Positions 1 to 11,077 of a DNA stretch of 59,504 nucleotides are shown one piece after another. The notes under the pieces were generated by a model. That model did not search any database and was not told the DNA's origin. It saw nothing but the letters and a program-made list of their open reading frames with translations. The first letter of the stretch is position 1; the number at the start of each line of letters is the position of its first letter. Source of the stretch: a virus. Its lineage: Duplodnaviria; Caudoviricetes. A program made the position numbers and the translations under genes. The stretch is taken from IMG/VR virus record IMGVR_UViG_3300047157_000188, positions 1-59,504 of that record. One strand, 5' to 3'.

Positions 1-92
1 ATCTTGATTGTTTGGGTTGGACACTCTAGCACAATAAGCTATATTTTTTTCTGCGTCTGAGTCACGCTTACTAATTTAATATTGTCAGTCAT
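1..92 (-). CDS. thyX: Flavin-dependent thymidylate synthase, 5' fragment (runs off window; indels)
   Basis: Manual translation from ATG at 92 gives MTDNIKLVSVT-DAEKNIAYCARVSNP, matching the typical phage ThyX N-terminus (xxLxSVTPDAEKxxAYCARVSNP). Not in the ORF track. Confidence 0.8.
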
Positions 93-743
93 TATAGTAT
101 AGTTCTTTTTCTAGGCTAGTCCATAAAGGATTGTTACTGTACATTGTTTCAAAACCTTTTTTAGTTATTTTAAAAGGTGAAGTTCCTTCAAACTTGTTAA
201 TTAAAGTATTATTCCCATGAAGATAGTTCAATATCATAATAAGGCTTTGCTATTATATTATTAAAATCTTTTAATAAGTATTCTTGACGAATAAAAGACG
301 GTTTATTATTTATTTGAGTAAACACATTCCAAAAATTATCAGCATACAGCCAATTCCAGCTATCATAAATATTGTACTCATTACCTAGTAAATTACATTT
401 AATAATTAATCCTTGATTAAGCTGTTTGTTAAGATGTCTTATATCTTTAGTGGATGTATATTTTTCTAAAAAAATGTTGATTTGCACAAGATATTAACCA
501 TGATGATAGTTTCCTAAAACCTAGAATAATAGACAAACTATCCACATGCTCACCAAAATATTTCTTTGCTGCAAAATAGTCATGGTGCTTGTCTGGGTCT
601 GCATTATGTTGTTCTTCATTTGGATTATAATTTTGATAAATAATACTGTTCTTAAAAACATTATTACTATTCATTAATTGAGTAAATTTATCTCCACCAG
701 TTTTACCTCTATGTAAGAAAACAAAATCATCTGTCACTATCAT
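85..743 (-). CDS. Sulfotransferase-family-like protein (frameshifted; joins ORFs 447..743 and 209..487 plus a tail to 85)
   Basis: N-terminal FVFLHRGKTGG resembles the PAPS-binding FxHIPKTGG motif; downstream FRKLSSWLIS resembles the RxPxxWxxS motif. Confidence 0.55.
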
Positions 744-875
744 TTTTATTCCACCATTTAACTAATCTATCCCATACTGGCCTAAAAAAAACAATACAAT
801 ATAAGCAACAACTGCTTCTATTGCTTTACCAATGATAGTAGTCATGGTTATTGATTGTTTTTTAATTGTTTATCA

Positions 876-1139
876 TCACCAAGCTGATCTTTCATAATCT
901 ATTTCTTTCTGTAGTTGTTCTTGAGCATATCTTTTTTGATGTTCTATATGCTTGTTGTCAGTTATATCATTGTAAATATTCATAGCAATTTTACTCAAGC
1001 TATTTGTAGTGCCATGTCTTGCAGGGTCTTCTAATAACTTCCACTCATAATTATAAGGATTAGCTTCGTCGCCAGATTTCTCTCTGTCAACTTTATAACC
1101 CTTATCCTTAGCCCATCGTTTAATGTTAGTCCAATTCAT
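876..1139 (-). CDS. Hypothetical protein
   Basis: 87-aa ORF with ATGA-type overlap to the upstream gene. Confidence 0.7.
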   Translation of the reverse strand: MNWTNIKRWAKDKGYKVDREKSGDEANPYNYEWKLLEDPARHGTTNSLSKIAMNIYNDITDNKHIEHQKRYAQEQLQKEIDYERSAW

Positions 1140-1318
1140 TTTTTATAACTCCTAGTCTCAGGATCATACTCCGTCATATCCTTATCATATCTTTTCCATG
1201 CTTCCAAGTGTTTAACCGCAGTCATTTGGGATTCTTGTCTTAGTTGTTGCAACATTTGATGCTCTATTAATTTATATAAATCTTCTATGTGTCCTCTAAC
1301 CTCATGGCAATTACCCAT
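1136..1318 (-). CDS. Hypothetical protein (likely start MGNCHE)
   Basis: Part of ORF 1136..1372; the ATG at 1318 follows the end of an upstream frameshifted gene. Confidence 0.55.
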   Translation of the reverse strand: MGNCHEVRGHIEDLYKLIEHQMLQQLRQESQMTAVKHLEAWKRYDKDMTEYDPETRSYKK

Positions 1319-1659
1319 ACCATCAAGTACCATGAGATATATGCTGTTTAATATCTGGCTGAACACAAGCATACTTTAAAGGTAGCTTGTCATTCTTGCT
1401 CATTTGTTTATATTCTTCAGACAGGTCATTCTTTAATCTTGGATAAGACTCTAAAGCACTCCTGCAAGCATGTTATGATTTAAATAATTCTATACTCTGA
1501 GTATTAGTAATGTCTTCAATAGTATCTAATTGATCTATCATATGTTTAATAATATTATTATAACCCACTTGTATCTGCGAAGTCTTTATATGTCATTCTT
1601 AACATTAAGATATTCTAATTCTTTTCTGTCTTTATCGGATAACCTAGACATGAACCTTC

Positions 1660-1985
1660 TTTCCTTTGTATAAATAACCCCCATTAGGTTGACATACTTC
1701 TAATATATCATTGAAATCTCTTCCAGATTATATCTAGCATCTTTTGCTGGAGCGTTCCAAGTTGCTGCTTTGTAAATATCCAAAGTACTCATTTTTAAGA
1801 AATGCGTGAACACTATCACTACCATGATCTGTCTTAATAATTTTAGTATACTTCTTATTAATCTTAAAATGAAAGTATGTAGTCTTTTGATCTCTTAGAG
1901 TATTTACCATGCTGACATAGCAAATGCTTTACTGCTCTAATACCTCACACCATTCTTCTACAAAATTAATATTTGTCAATCATAT
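1660..1985 (-). CDS. Conserved phage hypothetical protein (frameshifted)
   Basis: Fragments KKYTKII...SV-HAFLKMSTLDIYKAATWNAPAKDARYNL recall a small protein family common in large phages. Boundaries are approximate. Confidence 0.5.
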
Positions 1986-2009
1986 CAAGTCCTCCAAATT
2001 ATTAATTAA

Positions 2010-2243
2010 TTAAACCTGCGGTTTCTGGTCTGGGTCTACATTACTAGCAAATACTCGTTTTACTATTTCTAATTTAGAGTTATTAGATTCTAGGACAGAT
2101 ATATATTCATCTAGCACACCTACAATGTCAGGATGTTCTCCTACTCCAGCAGATCGAGTTAAATAGAGTTCTATTGTAGCAATCGACTCGTCGATCTTTG
2201 CCTGATACCTAGACTCTAATGCTTTTAAAAATTTTGCGCTCAT
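2010..2243 (-). CDS. Conserved phage hypothetical protein
   Basis: 77-aa ORF with GGAGG RBS and a GVGEHPDI motif. Confidence 0.7.
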   Translation of the reverse strand: MSAKFLKALESRYQAKIDESIATIELYLTRSAGVGEHPDIVGVLDEYISVLESNNSKLEIVKRVFASNVDPDQKPQV

Positions 2244-2456
2244 TTTTTTAAGTCCTCCGATATTACATAAGTAAAAGTAAATTCTTGTTGTTCTGCTGGT
2301 ATGTCGATATAATCTATTTTACCATTTGCATCACGTTTGTCAACATCTTTTTTTATATTATCGCTCATAGATTTGTCCTCCAGAGTATTTTTACAAGTAG
2401 ATTACCTACAACTACAGCAATAAATATTTCTAATATATTTGATTATATCCATTATC

Positions 2457-2744
2457 TTACATACATAGGTTGATAGATACCATTGTACCTGTGGCTGATA
2501 AGTAATTGTGTCTTTCTCTTCTCAAAAACCAGCAGCGTCTTTCTGTTACTACCGGAACATTATAGTAATACGGAACCCAACTGTAAACTGCTGTCGGTTG
2601 TGGTACTGTATAAGTTACCGTAGGAACAGGAGTAGTTACCACCATTGGCGGTGGTGCAGGTGCAACTGGCACACTTGCTACCCACTCACCAGTATATCCG
2701 ATAGAACCCCACAATGCAACCGCTAAAAATAAAAACGTCCTCAT
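2457..2744 (-). CDS. Small secreted Pro/Val/Tyr-rich protein, planctomycete-like
   Basis: Signal peptide MRTFLFLAVALWGS followed by a low-complexity PV/TY-rich body; GAGG RBS. C-terminus probably frameshifted. Confidence 0.55.
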   Translation of the reverse strand: MRTFLFLAVALWGSIGYTGEWVASVPVAPAPPPMVVTTPVPTVTYTVPQPTAVYSWVPYYYNVPVVTERRCWFLRRERHNYLSATGTMVSINLCM

Positions 2745-2771
2745 AACATTCCTCTTTCTTTGTTAAAATTT

Positions 2772-3281
2772 AAGTATTACTTCCTTCTATTGCCCTTCAT
2801 CTCATCCCTGAGCCTCCAAGCCCTATCTGTTTCTCTACTATTTAAAGTACCTTCATTAATATATTTTGCTGATTTCTTCGTTTGTCATTGGAACCCTAGC
2901 TTCGTCTTCATAATAATATTCCCAAGGTTTCCATCTAATTCTGGTATGATCTATAGCAACCTGTTTGTATTACCGTATTTATCTGTATAACTATATTTAA
3001 CCCAATACCATTCTTCTGCTGCCACTGCCTCTTCTATAACTTTAAAGTTTTTAGGATAATTATTAAAGGCGCATATCTTCATCTGTCCTGTATTGTATAA
3101 GTATTGCAAGACTCCTTCATCTTCAAAATCTATAGGGAAAAAGGTATTGTATATTGAATGTATGAACAATAGGATACTTCCATCCTACATATTCTGCATT
3201 TAGTATAAACCCTATAGACAATCCTATAAACAATAAAAAGAACTGATAGAATACTGTCCTGCAAACAGTAATAAGTATCAT
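2772..3281 (-). CDS. Hypothetical membrane-anchored protein (frameshifted; includes ORF 2951..3169)
   Basis: Hydrophobic N-terminus (FFLLFIGLSIGFIL) from ATG 3281, continuing through ORF 2951..3169 and a further frame to about 2772. Confidence 0.45.
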
Positions 3282-4373
3282 AATAAAGCCTGTGGTGGTT
3301 AGGAGGGATTTATAATGGCATGATACTTATGTTTACACCTACCTATCATATCTGTTGAAATAATGATGCGCTGCTATTTCTATTCGCTATTAAGTAACAA
3401 CTACAAATATAAATAACTCTGTCATCTGTTTAGTTTGTTAATTATATTTAATACTCTTCTCGCCAGTGCGGCTTGTCCTACAATCCTACCGTCGTCGTAG
3501 TCATTATAATATCCTGATGTAGATTCGTGTTCGAATTGTTTCCTTGAATTTTTTCGTTACATAACTTTACAATTTCAGCTGATACTTTATTGTCTACCGT
3601 AGGATCATTCATCTTTATATTTACTTCTTGCATAATCCACAATTTGTCCGGCAGTAAACGGTACTGTATTACCCCCTAAATAATATTCAGCACACAATTT
3701 TCTGGCATCTCTAGTTATTTTTATATTACTGTATATATGATTGTATGCTGGTCTGTATTCCATTAAGAATATATGCTCTGACTTTAGCGGTAAATGAAGC
3801 TACTAATAATTCCGCTTTGCTTGTTTTACTTCAGATGATATTCGACGTTTGTTCTTTTCTTCCCGTTTTTTCTTTTCTTCATGGATTCAGTCCTAAGCAT
3901 AGCAACAATTTTATTAGCTGCTCCTATCTGTATCAATAATCCTCTATTACGAGAATCTTCTAAAATATCTATTAACTTTAGTCTCTTGATTCTTAGCAGT
4001 TTCCCTTAACGTTTCTTAAAGTACCTTTACCATAGGTAGTGTCGAGATATAAGGCAAAAACATTCTTTAGTAAAATGTATCAGTCACTCGTCATCTAAAT
4101 CCTCTCCTATAAAGGTTCTTCCAGCAACTCATTACAAGTAGCACTAATTATACTATATGTATCGGTCTCTCTGTCAAACAGAATCTTTAGGTTGTATTTT
4201 CTTGTTTTTCTTTGCAAAAAATAACTACATCTCCGATTTAAATGCCATAGTTATCAAAAGCTATAAATGGACTGCCGATTTAATAAAATATTCATTAAAC
4301 TTAAAATGAGAATTACAACAAGGACATTCAAGCACTAAAGACTGTTATATATTATTCGCAAAAGCAATCATTA

Positions 4374-4958
4374 CTAATCCAGTCTCCCACTCATCTCTGT
4401 CCAGATCATAAGGTCTGCTTGAGCCAATGTCAAGCCGGGATAATGTTGTTTCCATGAGATATTTACATAGTCCTGCATACTTGAGCATATTTTTCTGGAT
4501 TTTGTGGAGTATTCTTTAGGGGCATCTTTTATATCACACTTAACTCTCATCCAGTTAAGGATATGAGTATCTAAGAACAACCTCGTCACAAAATTCTCTA
4601 GTATGTAACAAGAAAAATCTTGCAGTTTTTGGCCCAACACCATGAATATCCATCAGGTCATCTCTTGTACAAGTTCTTAGGTCTAATCTTAGCAGAGAAG
4701 AATAAAGCCTTGCGTATTCTATCATACTGTCCCGTCTTATGTGCAGTTAAATAATTATGTAGTTCTGATAGTTTAAGACTTCGTAATAAATTCAAAGGGA
4801 GTTTTATCTCCTCTATTTTTTAATAGTTTTGTAACTAATCTTGAAGTAGTGTCACTGTTCTTTCCTGCAACAAGGATGCAGAATATCCAAAATGATTCTA
4901 GTTCTACATCTGTACGATTGTAATTAGTAATATCTTTAGGATCAATCAAAGTTTCCAT
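4374..4958 (-). CDS. HhH-GPD superfamily DNA glycosylase, 8-oxoguanine glycosylase-like (frameshifted)
   Basis: Joined frames give ...DLMDIHGVGPKTARFFLLHTRE...LDTHILNWM...ADLMIW: an HhH motif with catalytic Lys plus the conserved Asp of LDTH. Confidence 0.7.
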
Positions 4959-5067
4959 CGTTAAAATCCGTTATCCAAAGTAGTAAGATAGACCAAGACA
5001 AAAGCAATTATTGTTGCTGTTGTACTCATTATACTACTTTATCGTCCACAGTCAATAGCAAACTTTA

Positions 5068-5507
5068 ATTATTTGCTACTTCGTGGATGTCCCTTTGGCA
5101 GTAAATCGTTGTCCTGCTTATATGCAGAATTTGCCGGTCTACCTGTTCTAAGTAAAGTTAAGAAAAGCATTTACTCTTGCCATTGCCCAACCATCTCTAC
5201 TCATTTTAGGAGCGTGAGAAGCTTGAGTAAGCACCAGCACCTCTTCTGTATACTGCCTTTAACATTCCTAAAGTGTAGCCTTGCTGCCTTTTCCTTTTTT
5301 ATTATGTTCACTAACTTTATTCTTTAACTTCTCTACAGTTTTTGCACTAAAACTAATCTTGCCCTTATCATCCTTAGCACTATCGGGCTTATTTTTCTTA
5401 CTACCTTTTTTCTGATCCTTTTTAGGTGCAGGAGTTCTACGAGGATCACTTTTCCCCGGCTTATCCGCTATTGCTTTTAGTGCTTCTAAATATTTGTTAG
5501 TTCTCAT
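5068..5507 (-). CDS. Conserved basic phage protein (frameshifted)
   Basis: ORF 5268..5507 continues in another frame as GMLKAVYRRGAGAYS..H..MSRDGWAMARVNAFL...YKQDNDLLPKGHP, a recurrent phage motif. AGGAG RBS. Confidence 0.6.
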
Positions 5508-5529
5508 AATATTTTCTCCTTTTTAAAAA

Positions 5530-5537
5530 GATACACC
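5530..5537 (-). promoter_or_regulatory. GGTGTAT motif, candidate phage-sigma promoter
   Basis: GGTGTATC about 22 nt upstream of ATG 5507; the same motif precedes structural genes. Confidence 0.45.
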
Positions 5538-5610
5538 ACAAATAACCATAAACATCTAGGAGTTGCTAACAAAAAATACAGAATACTTAATAAAAGTCTA
5601 ATTATTATGT

Positions 5611-5992
5611 TCATTTTTTCTTACCTTTTAACTCCGCTATACCCTGTGCTATATCCACAAGTCTCTCCCAGTTTTCCTCAACATACTCTGGTGGGCCTCC
5701 CATTTTTGCCTGTGTCTGTGCTATTTCTTCCGTTGGAACCATCTCAATGGCATCCCAAGGACAAACCAGTACATCATAAATTTTACCTTTGTTACCGGGA
5801 ACATGAATACATTGCTCACAACCTATACAAGTAGACAGATCAATTTCACACCATTGAGTTACTCCATTTTTAATTTGGAATATACAATCAACAGGACATA
5901 CTTCTAAGCAGGCTTCACACCCAGTACAATTATCTGCGTTGAATGATTGCTAATTCTTTTGGTATCTTTTTTCTAACTTTTTTTTCTGCCAT
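5611..5992 (-). CDS. 2x[4Fe-4S] dicluster ferredoxin (one indel; absent from ORF track)
   Basis: [17 protein letters not shown](+1 nt)NADNCTGCEACLEVCPVDCI...DLSTCIGCEQCIHVP...LVCPWDAIEM...GKKK. Contains CxxCxxCxxxCP and CxxCxxC...CP motifs; TAATG overlap with the DUF1501 stop. Confidence 0.9.
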
Positions 5993-7292
5993 TATGCTAT
6001 AATATCGTGTTGAATATTACCGAATACATCTGTCAATCTAAAATCTCTACCGCTGTATCTGTAAGTAAGTTTAGTATGATCAATACCCATTAGATATAAT
6101 ATAGTAGCATGTAAATCGTGCATGTCAATGAGTCTACTGCTTTATGTCCAAAATCATCAGTAGTACCGTATCTCATGCCACCCTTTACGCCACCGCCTGC
6201 CATCCACACAGTGAACCCACCATTATTATGGTCTCTTCCTGTAGCACCAGCCTTGATGCCCGGAGTACGACCAAACTCACTACCGAATAAAACTATAGTG
6301 TCCTCAAACATGCCAGAATCTTTTAAATCCTGTAGCAACGCACCAATAGGCTGATCAATAGCCGTTGCATTGTTTTTTAGTTTGTTGCCAATGTCTTGGT
6401 GCATATCCCAACCACCGTGACCAATCTCGACAAAACGAACACCAGCCTCACTAAACTTTTTTGCTAATAAACACTGCTTACCAAATTTAGCAGTTGCTTT
6501 ATTATTGATACCGTATTTCTCAAGAGTCTTTGGAGATTCATTTGCTATATTAATTGTGTTTGGTACACTTGTTTGCATTTTAAATGCCAACTCATAACTT
6601 TCAATCAACCCCTCAAGCCTACTGTTCTCACCTCTTAATTGTAGATGGTTCAGGTCACTGAGGAAATCCAGATTTTGCCTCTGTTCATCCCTACTAATTG
6701 GACTTTTAAGATTAGGTATTGCATTTGCCATGTTGCCAGCGTTTACTGCCGTACCCTGATAAATAGCAGGTAAAAATGCACTACCATAATTCTCAGGCCC
6801 AACATTAGCGTCGATAGTAATAAATCCCGGTAGTTCTTTGTTCTCTGTTCCTAGGCCATATAAAAGCCAACTACCCATACTTGGACGAGTAAATTGGAAA
6901 TTACCTGTATGAAGTAATTGTCTAGCCTGATTATGATTACCACTCTTACTCTTCATACCATTAATCAAACATAGATCATCAGCATGTTTTCTCAGGTGTG
7001 GAAAGTTCTCACTAATCTCAATACCACTTTCACCAGCAGGAGTCAATGGAACTGCGGGTTTAATAATCTTACGACCTTTACTTACTGGATCATCAGTACC
7101 GTCTTTCTCTACCATTAAAGGTTTATGATCAAAAGTATCTGTATGTGTCATCCCGCCATTCATGTACATGAATATAATCTTTTTATTACTCAGTGCTGCT
7201 TCTTCTGCAAGCAGTCCTTTGAGTGCAAGCATACCGAATCCAGCACTTGCTGTTTGTAATAAGTGTCGTCTGTTAAAATAGTTACTTAACAT
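5992..7292 (-). CDS. DUF1501 family protein with Tat-like signal (frameshift near 6130)
   Basis: NRRHLLQ twin-arginine-like leader; [61 protein letters not shown] motifs. True C-terminus [30 protein letters not shown] lies in the next frame. Confidence 0.92.
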
Positions 7293-9774
7293 TTCTAAAT
7301 TCTCCTGTGCATATTAGTATTTGGATTAGGTTTGCGAGATTCTTTTCCATAATCTCATTCTTCTTTTTAATATCTACTTTACTTGTGTAGTCAACAAACT
7401 CTTCGCCTTCTGGAGTCTTGCCAACTCCTAAACCAATCTGCTCTGCTTGCTCTGTATCCTTCAGATAAAAAGTCATTGCTTTTTCAAATCTCTTCTTTAG
7501 ATGGTGGTCTCCCAAGAATCTTTTGCCATATACTATGAAGATTATTATGGTGCAATAACCTTGGCATAGTTCTACCCATCCTCATATTATTTTGCCACAT
7601 TTCTCTTGCCATTTCTTTTGCCAGAGCAATAATCTTTGGATTGTTCATTAGGAATAGTGCTTGTGTACTCACGGTAGTCACGTTCCTTTCTGCTGCCATA
7701 AGGCTGTTGTCTGGTCTGTCAAATGTATCCAAGACTTCTATTTTGTTGTCCCTCAAAGAAGGAATATAAATAGACCTAGACTTGGTTTCTCCAATATACT
7801 TTCTTAATTCTTTTCCCGGTGCTTTAATTCCTGTTTGGAAATCGCTTATGTTCTTATGCGACTCGTCTAGTTTGCCTGAGACAAACAACAGACTGTCCCT
7901 AATCTGTTCAGCCTCTAATCTTTTCTCATTCATTCGCCAAACATATACATTGTCTGGGTCAATCTCAAAATTTTCTTTATTAAAGTTACTGCTACGTCTG
8001 TAAGCATTACTCATAACAATAGTTTTAATTAATCTTTTGTTTGACAACTTGCCAGTAGTAAACTTACTGGAAAGATAGTTCATAAGTTTAAGATTAGTTG
8101 GCTCACCACCTAGTATACCAAAGTTATCGAAACTGTCAAGTATACCTTTGCCGAATAAATGTCGCCACACTCTATTTACATGAACCCTGTATGTCAAAGG
8201 ATTAGTTTTGTGTGCAATCCATTCTGCCAGTTGATAACGTCCACTGGTATTATCAAAGTTGAGATTAGGTCTGTCACTAAATATTTCTGGTAATCTTCTT
8301 GGTACTTCATCACCCAGATTATTTACTTCGCCTCTGATTGCTAATTTAATCTCAGACATTTTATCTTTATCTTTTACAGTCATTACAGGCTCAAGATATT
8401 CCAGAGTATTTTAAACTCTTCTTTCCTGTAATCTTTTTAAGTTCTGCCATCTTGTATCCAGAGTCTTTTGTCTCTTACCAAGTTCTCTGTTTAGTTGTTC
8501 TTCTGTCGCTCTTTTGTTCCATGTCTTAATGGATTCTATTTGAGTTTGCAAATTCTTTATATCACAAAGAAGGAACCATTCTTTTATTCTTTTTTGTTTG
8601 TATAAATCTTCTGTTTCTTTAGTGACTAAATAGCCATACTCACCAAGATAACCAGTGTTATTGTTTCCTCTATACAAACCATCAAGGTTCTTTGTATTGT
8701 TAAATAAACCAGCAACACCGTAGTAATCCTCTTGACTAAAAGGATCAAACTTATGATCATGACACCTTGCACAACTCAAAGTCATACCAAGAAAACCTCT
8801 GGTGATAGCATCTATCTGGTCATCATTGCGGTCTGCTTCAAACTGTCTAGTCTGTGCCTGTATATTTTTTGTGCCTATTGTCAGATAGCCTGTAGCAATT
8901 CTGTTCGTATTGTATTGCTCAAAAGTTTTATGTGGCAATAGATCACCAGCAATTTGTTCTTTTATAAATTCATCGAATGGTTTATCTTCATTAAAACTAT
9001 CTATAACATAATCACGGTATCTCCAAGCATAAGGACTAACTAAATTTCTGTCTTGTCCACTGCTCTCGCCATACCTTGCTACATCCAGCCAATGCCTTCC
9101 CCATTTCTCGCCAAATCCTTCATCATCAAGTAAAGTATCGACTAAATTTTCATAACGATTTTCACTCTTGTCCTGCATAAACTGTCTTATCTGTATCTCA
9201 CTTGGAGGCAATCCAATAAGATCAAAATATAATCTACGCATTATTGTATAGTCATCTGCTGGTTCCACAGGTTTGAGACCCTGCTTCGCCATCTCACGAT
9301 CAAGAAGACTATCTATTTCTGTACCATCTTCGTAACTAGCAACAGCAGGACGTTTAACCTGCTTGAATGACCAGAACTGTCTAGCCTGTCTAAGTTCTAT
9401 TGCTCTGTTCTCATGCTTGTAACGTGGATCAGGTAATCCCATTTTAATCCATTGTCGAAATAAGTCAACAGTCTTTTTATCTAATGGGTTATCTGGCGGC
9501 ATATCACCAGACTCTACATAATCAAACAGAGGGCTTTCTTCTGGCTTACCGGGAACCACACTTGGGCCAGAATCGCCACCCTGTAATACTCCCAGCCTAG
9601 TATCTATTGCAAATCCACCTTTAGTTTTTTCTGAGGCAGAAGAATGACACGAATAACACTGCGTCTGCAAAACTGGTAAGATATTATCATTAAAAAATTT
9701 AACACCACTTTTATCTTGAACTCACTTAACTCAACAGCAAAACTAGCCATATCATTAGTTACCACAATATACAA
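7282..9774 (-). CDS. Planctomycete cytochrome c (PSCyt1) + DUF1549 + DUF1553 (PSD1) protein, split by indels into ORFs 9604..9807, 8411..9670, 7484..8383 and 7282..7515
   Basis: CYSCH and CARCHDHKFDP haem-type motifs; GDSGPSVVPGKPEES, RRLYFDLIGLPP, GEKWGRHWLDVARY, YRDYVIDSFNEDKP, NPLTYRVHVNRVWRHLFGKG, RLEAEQIRDSLL, TQALFLMN. Confidence 0.92.
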
Positions 9775-9776
9775 TG

Positions 9777-10172
9777 TTATACTCCTGTAGGTATTACAGT
9801 ATCGCAATTATTTGTAAAAACTATCCCTTTGTTTTCTGGTGCTGGAAATGGCTTATCAAATTTATATATTTGAGAAACTACCCAACCATATTTATCCTTA
9901 TTATCTTTCCAACCAAACCCACTATCTTTATCTACCTTATGTCTATTATAGTCAGATTCCCATTCTTGTATATTATTATATTTAAAACTATGACTGAATG
10001 TTATTGTTCCAATAATTCTAGCTTTAAACTTGCCAAATTTACCGGGAGTCTCAATTAATGCTAACTCTTCACCTTCGTATTTTTGTGGTAAGGGATACGA
10101 CCTCGTTTCAACACACTTATCTAAATTAATAAGTAATTCAGACCAAGGGTATTGAATATTAATTCCAATCAT
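9777..10172 (-). CDS. ASCH domain protein
   Basis: GINIQYPWSELLINLDKCVETRSY...IIGTI...YGWV pattern. Confidence 0.85.
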   Translation of the reverse strand: MIGINIQYPWSELLINLDKCVETRSYPLPQKYEGEELALIETPGKFGKFKARIIGTITFSHSFKYNNIQEWESDYNRHKVDKDSGFGWKDNKDKYGWVVSQIYKFDKPFPAPENKGIVFTNNCDTVIPTGV

Positions 10173-10362
10173 ATTTTTGTAAATATTCCTGTATGGTATT
10201 CTTGAGTATGAGCAAATCCATTTTACTCATCGGATGCAAACTGTCAATATATCCCCAACTAATTTCTCCTGTTTCTGTAGTATACGGTCTATAAATTTGT
10301 ACCGATTTTACTTCTGGGTCTATCTCTCCATCGACCACTTTAAATTTTATTGACTGTTCCAT
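10159..10362 (-). CDS. Hypothetical protein
   Basis: 67-aa ORF overlapping the ASCH start. Confidence 0.6.
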   Translation of the reverse strand: MEQSIKFKVVDGEIDPEVKSVQIYRPYTTETGEISWGYIDSLHPMSKMDLLILKNTIQEYLQKYDWN

Positions 10363-10397
10363 AATTAATAACCTTATTAGTTTTTAGATTATTAATC

Positions 10398-10404
10398 ATA
10401 CACC
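10398..10404 (-). promoter_or_regulatory. GGTGTAT motif upstream of the 10362-to-5611 gene run
   Basis: Reads TATCGGTGTATGATT on the minus strand; intergenic. Confidence 0.4.
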
Positions 10405-10418
10405 GATATAATATATTA

Positions 10419-10616
10419 TTATTCCAATAAATCGTCATCAATCATAATGTCATCTTGCATCAACAAATCGCCAAATGCCTCAGTATTAATTTCCTTTTTA
10501 GTATGAACAATAGTAGGTCTTGCTGTATCTGGATCAAATAATATAGAACAAATTATACAAATACTACCCAACAAGAATAACAAAACAAAGATAACCGCCG
10601 CAATATTGCCTAACAT
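10419..10616 (-). CDS. Small membrane protein
   Basis: N-terminal hydrophobic helix and acidic tail. Confidence 0.6.
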   Translation of the reverse strand: MLGNIAAVIFVLLFLLGSICIICSILFDPDTARPTIVHTKKEINTEAFGDLLMQDDIMIDDDLLE

Positions 10617-10645
10617 ATCTTAATTTCCATTTCATTTGTGGGTAA

Positions 10646-10831
10646 TTAACCCTTGATTATATTTTCATTTGCGAGTTTGGTGGGAATTTTACCCAATAAT
10701 GCTCTATCAATGATGTGTAGATTCTGTGCTTCTTTATGTTTTATTTGTGTCAAATTACCCTTGAGTTGAGCCTGTAACACCTTGCGTATAAGGTTTATTT
10801 CGCTTACAGTGAGAAGTACGGTTTTATACAT
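10646..10831 (-). CDS. Hypothetical protein
   Basis: 61-aa ORF with GGGG RBS, downstream of a promoter. Confidence 0.6.
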   Translation of the reverse strand: MYKTVLLTVSEINLIRKVLQAQLKGNLTQIKHKEAQNLHIIDRALLGKIPTKLANENIIKG

Positions 10832-10875
10832 TTTTCCCCTAAAATATTAACTTTTCTACTCTTATCAACCATACC

Positions 10876-10935
10876 AGTATATACCATAGCAACACGCCTG
10901 TCAATAGTATCGACTATAGCAGATATGATCCTTTA
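10876..10935 (-). promoter_or_regulatory. Tandem sigma28-type + sigma70 promoter
   Basis: TAAA-N17-GTCGATAC followed by TTGACA-N17-TATACT. Confidence 0.7.
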
Positions 10936-11044
10936 ATAATTCCCTTCTTATACTCTATTTTTACCTCCGTTCCTTACAATAAGTAAAAAATTTAGATTTA
11001 TGCAGAGAAATAGGTAAAAATTATGGAAAAAACAAATAAAATAG

Positions 11045-11073
11045 TTGTAAAGTTGGATTGTTAGTGTTATAAT
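11045..11073 (+). promoter_or_regulatory. Sigma70 promoter with extended -10
   Basis: TTGTAA-N17-TATAAT with TGn; ATG lies 4 nt downstream, so the transcript may be leaderless. Confidence 0.6.
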
Positions 11074-11077
11074 ATGT

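Noticed and set aside
3271-3330. 11-bp inverted repeat ATAAGTATCAT/ATGATACTTAT
   Set aside because: AT-rich, single copy, overlaps a gene start and has no supporting structure.
4148-4190. Additional dual sigma28/sigma70 promoter
   Set aside because: All four boxes are present but both spacers count 19 nt. It may be real with an indel error, so it was not counted.
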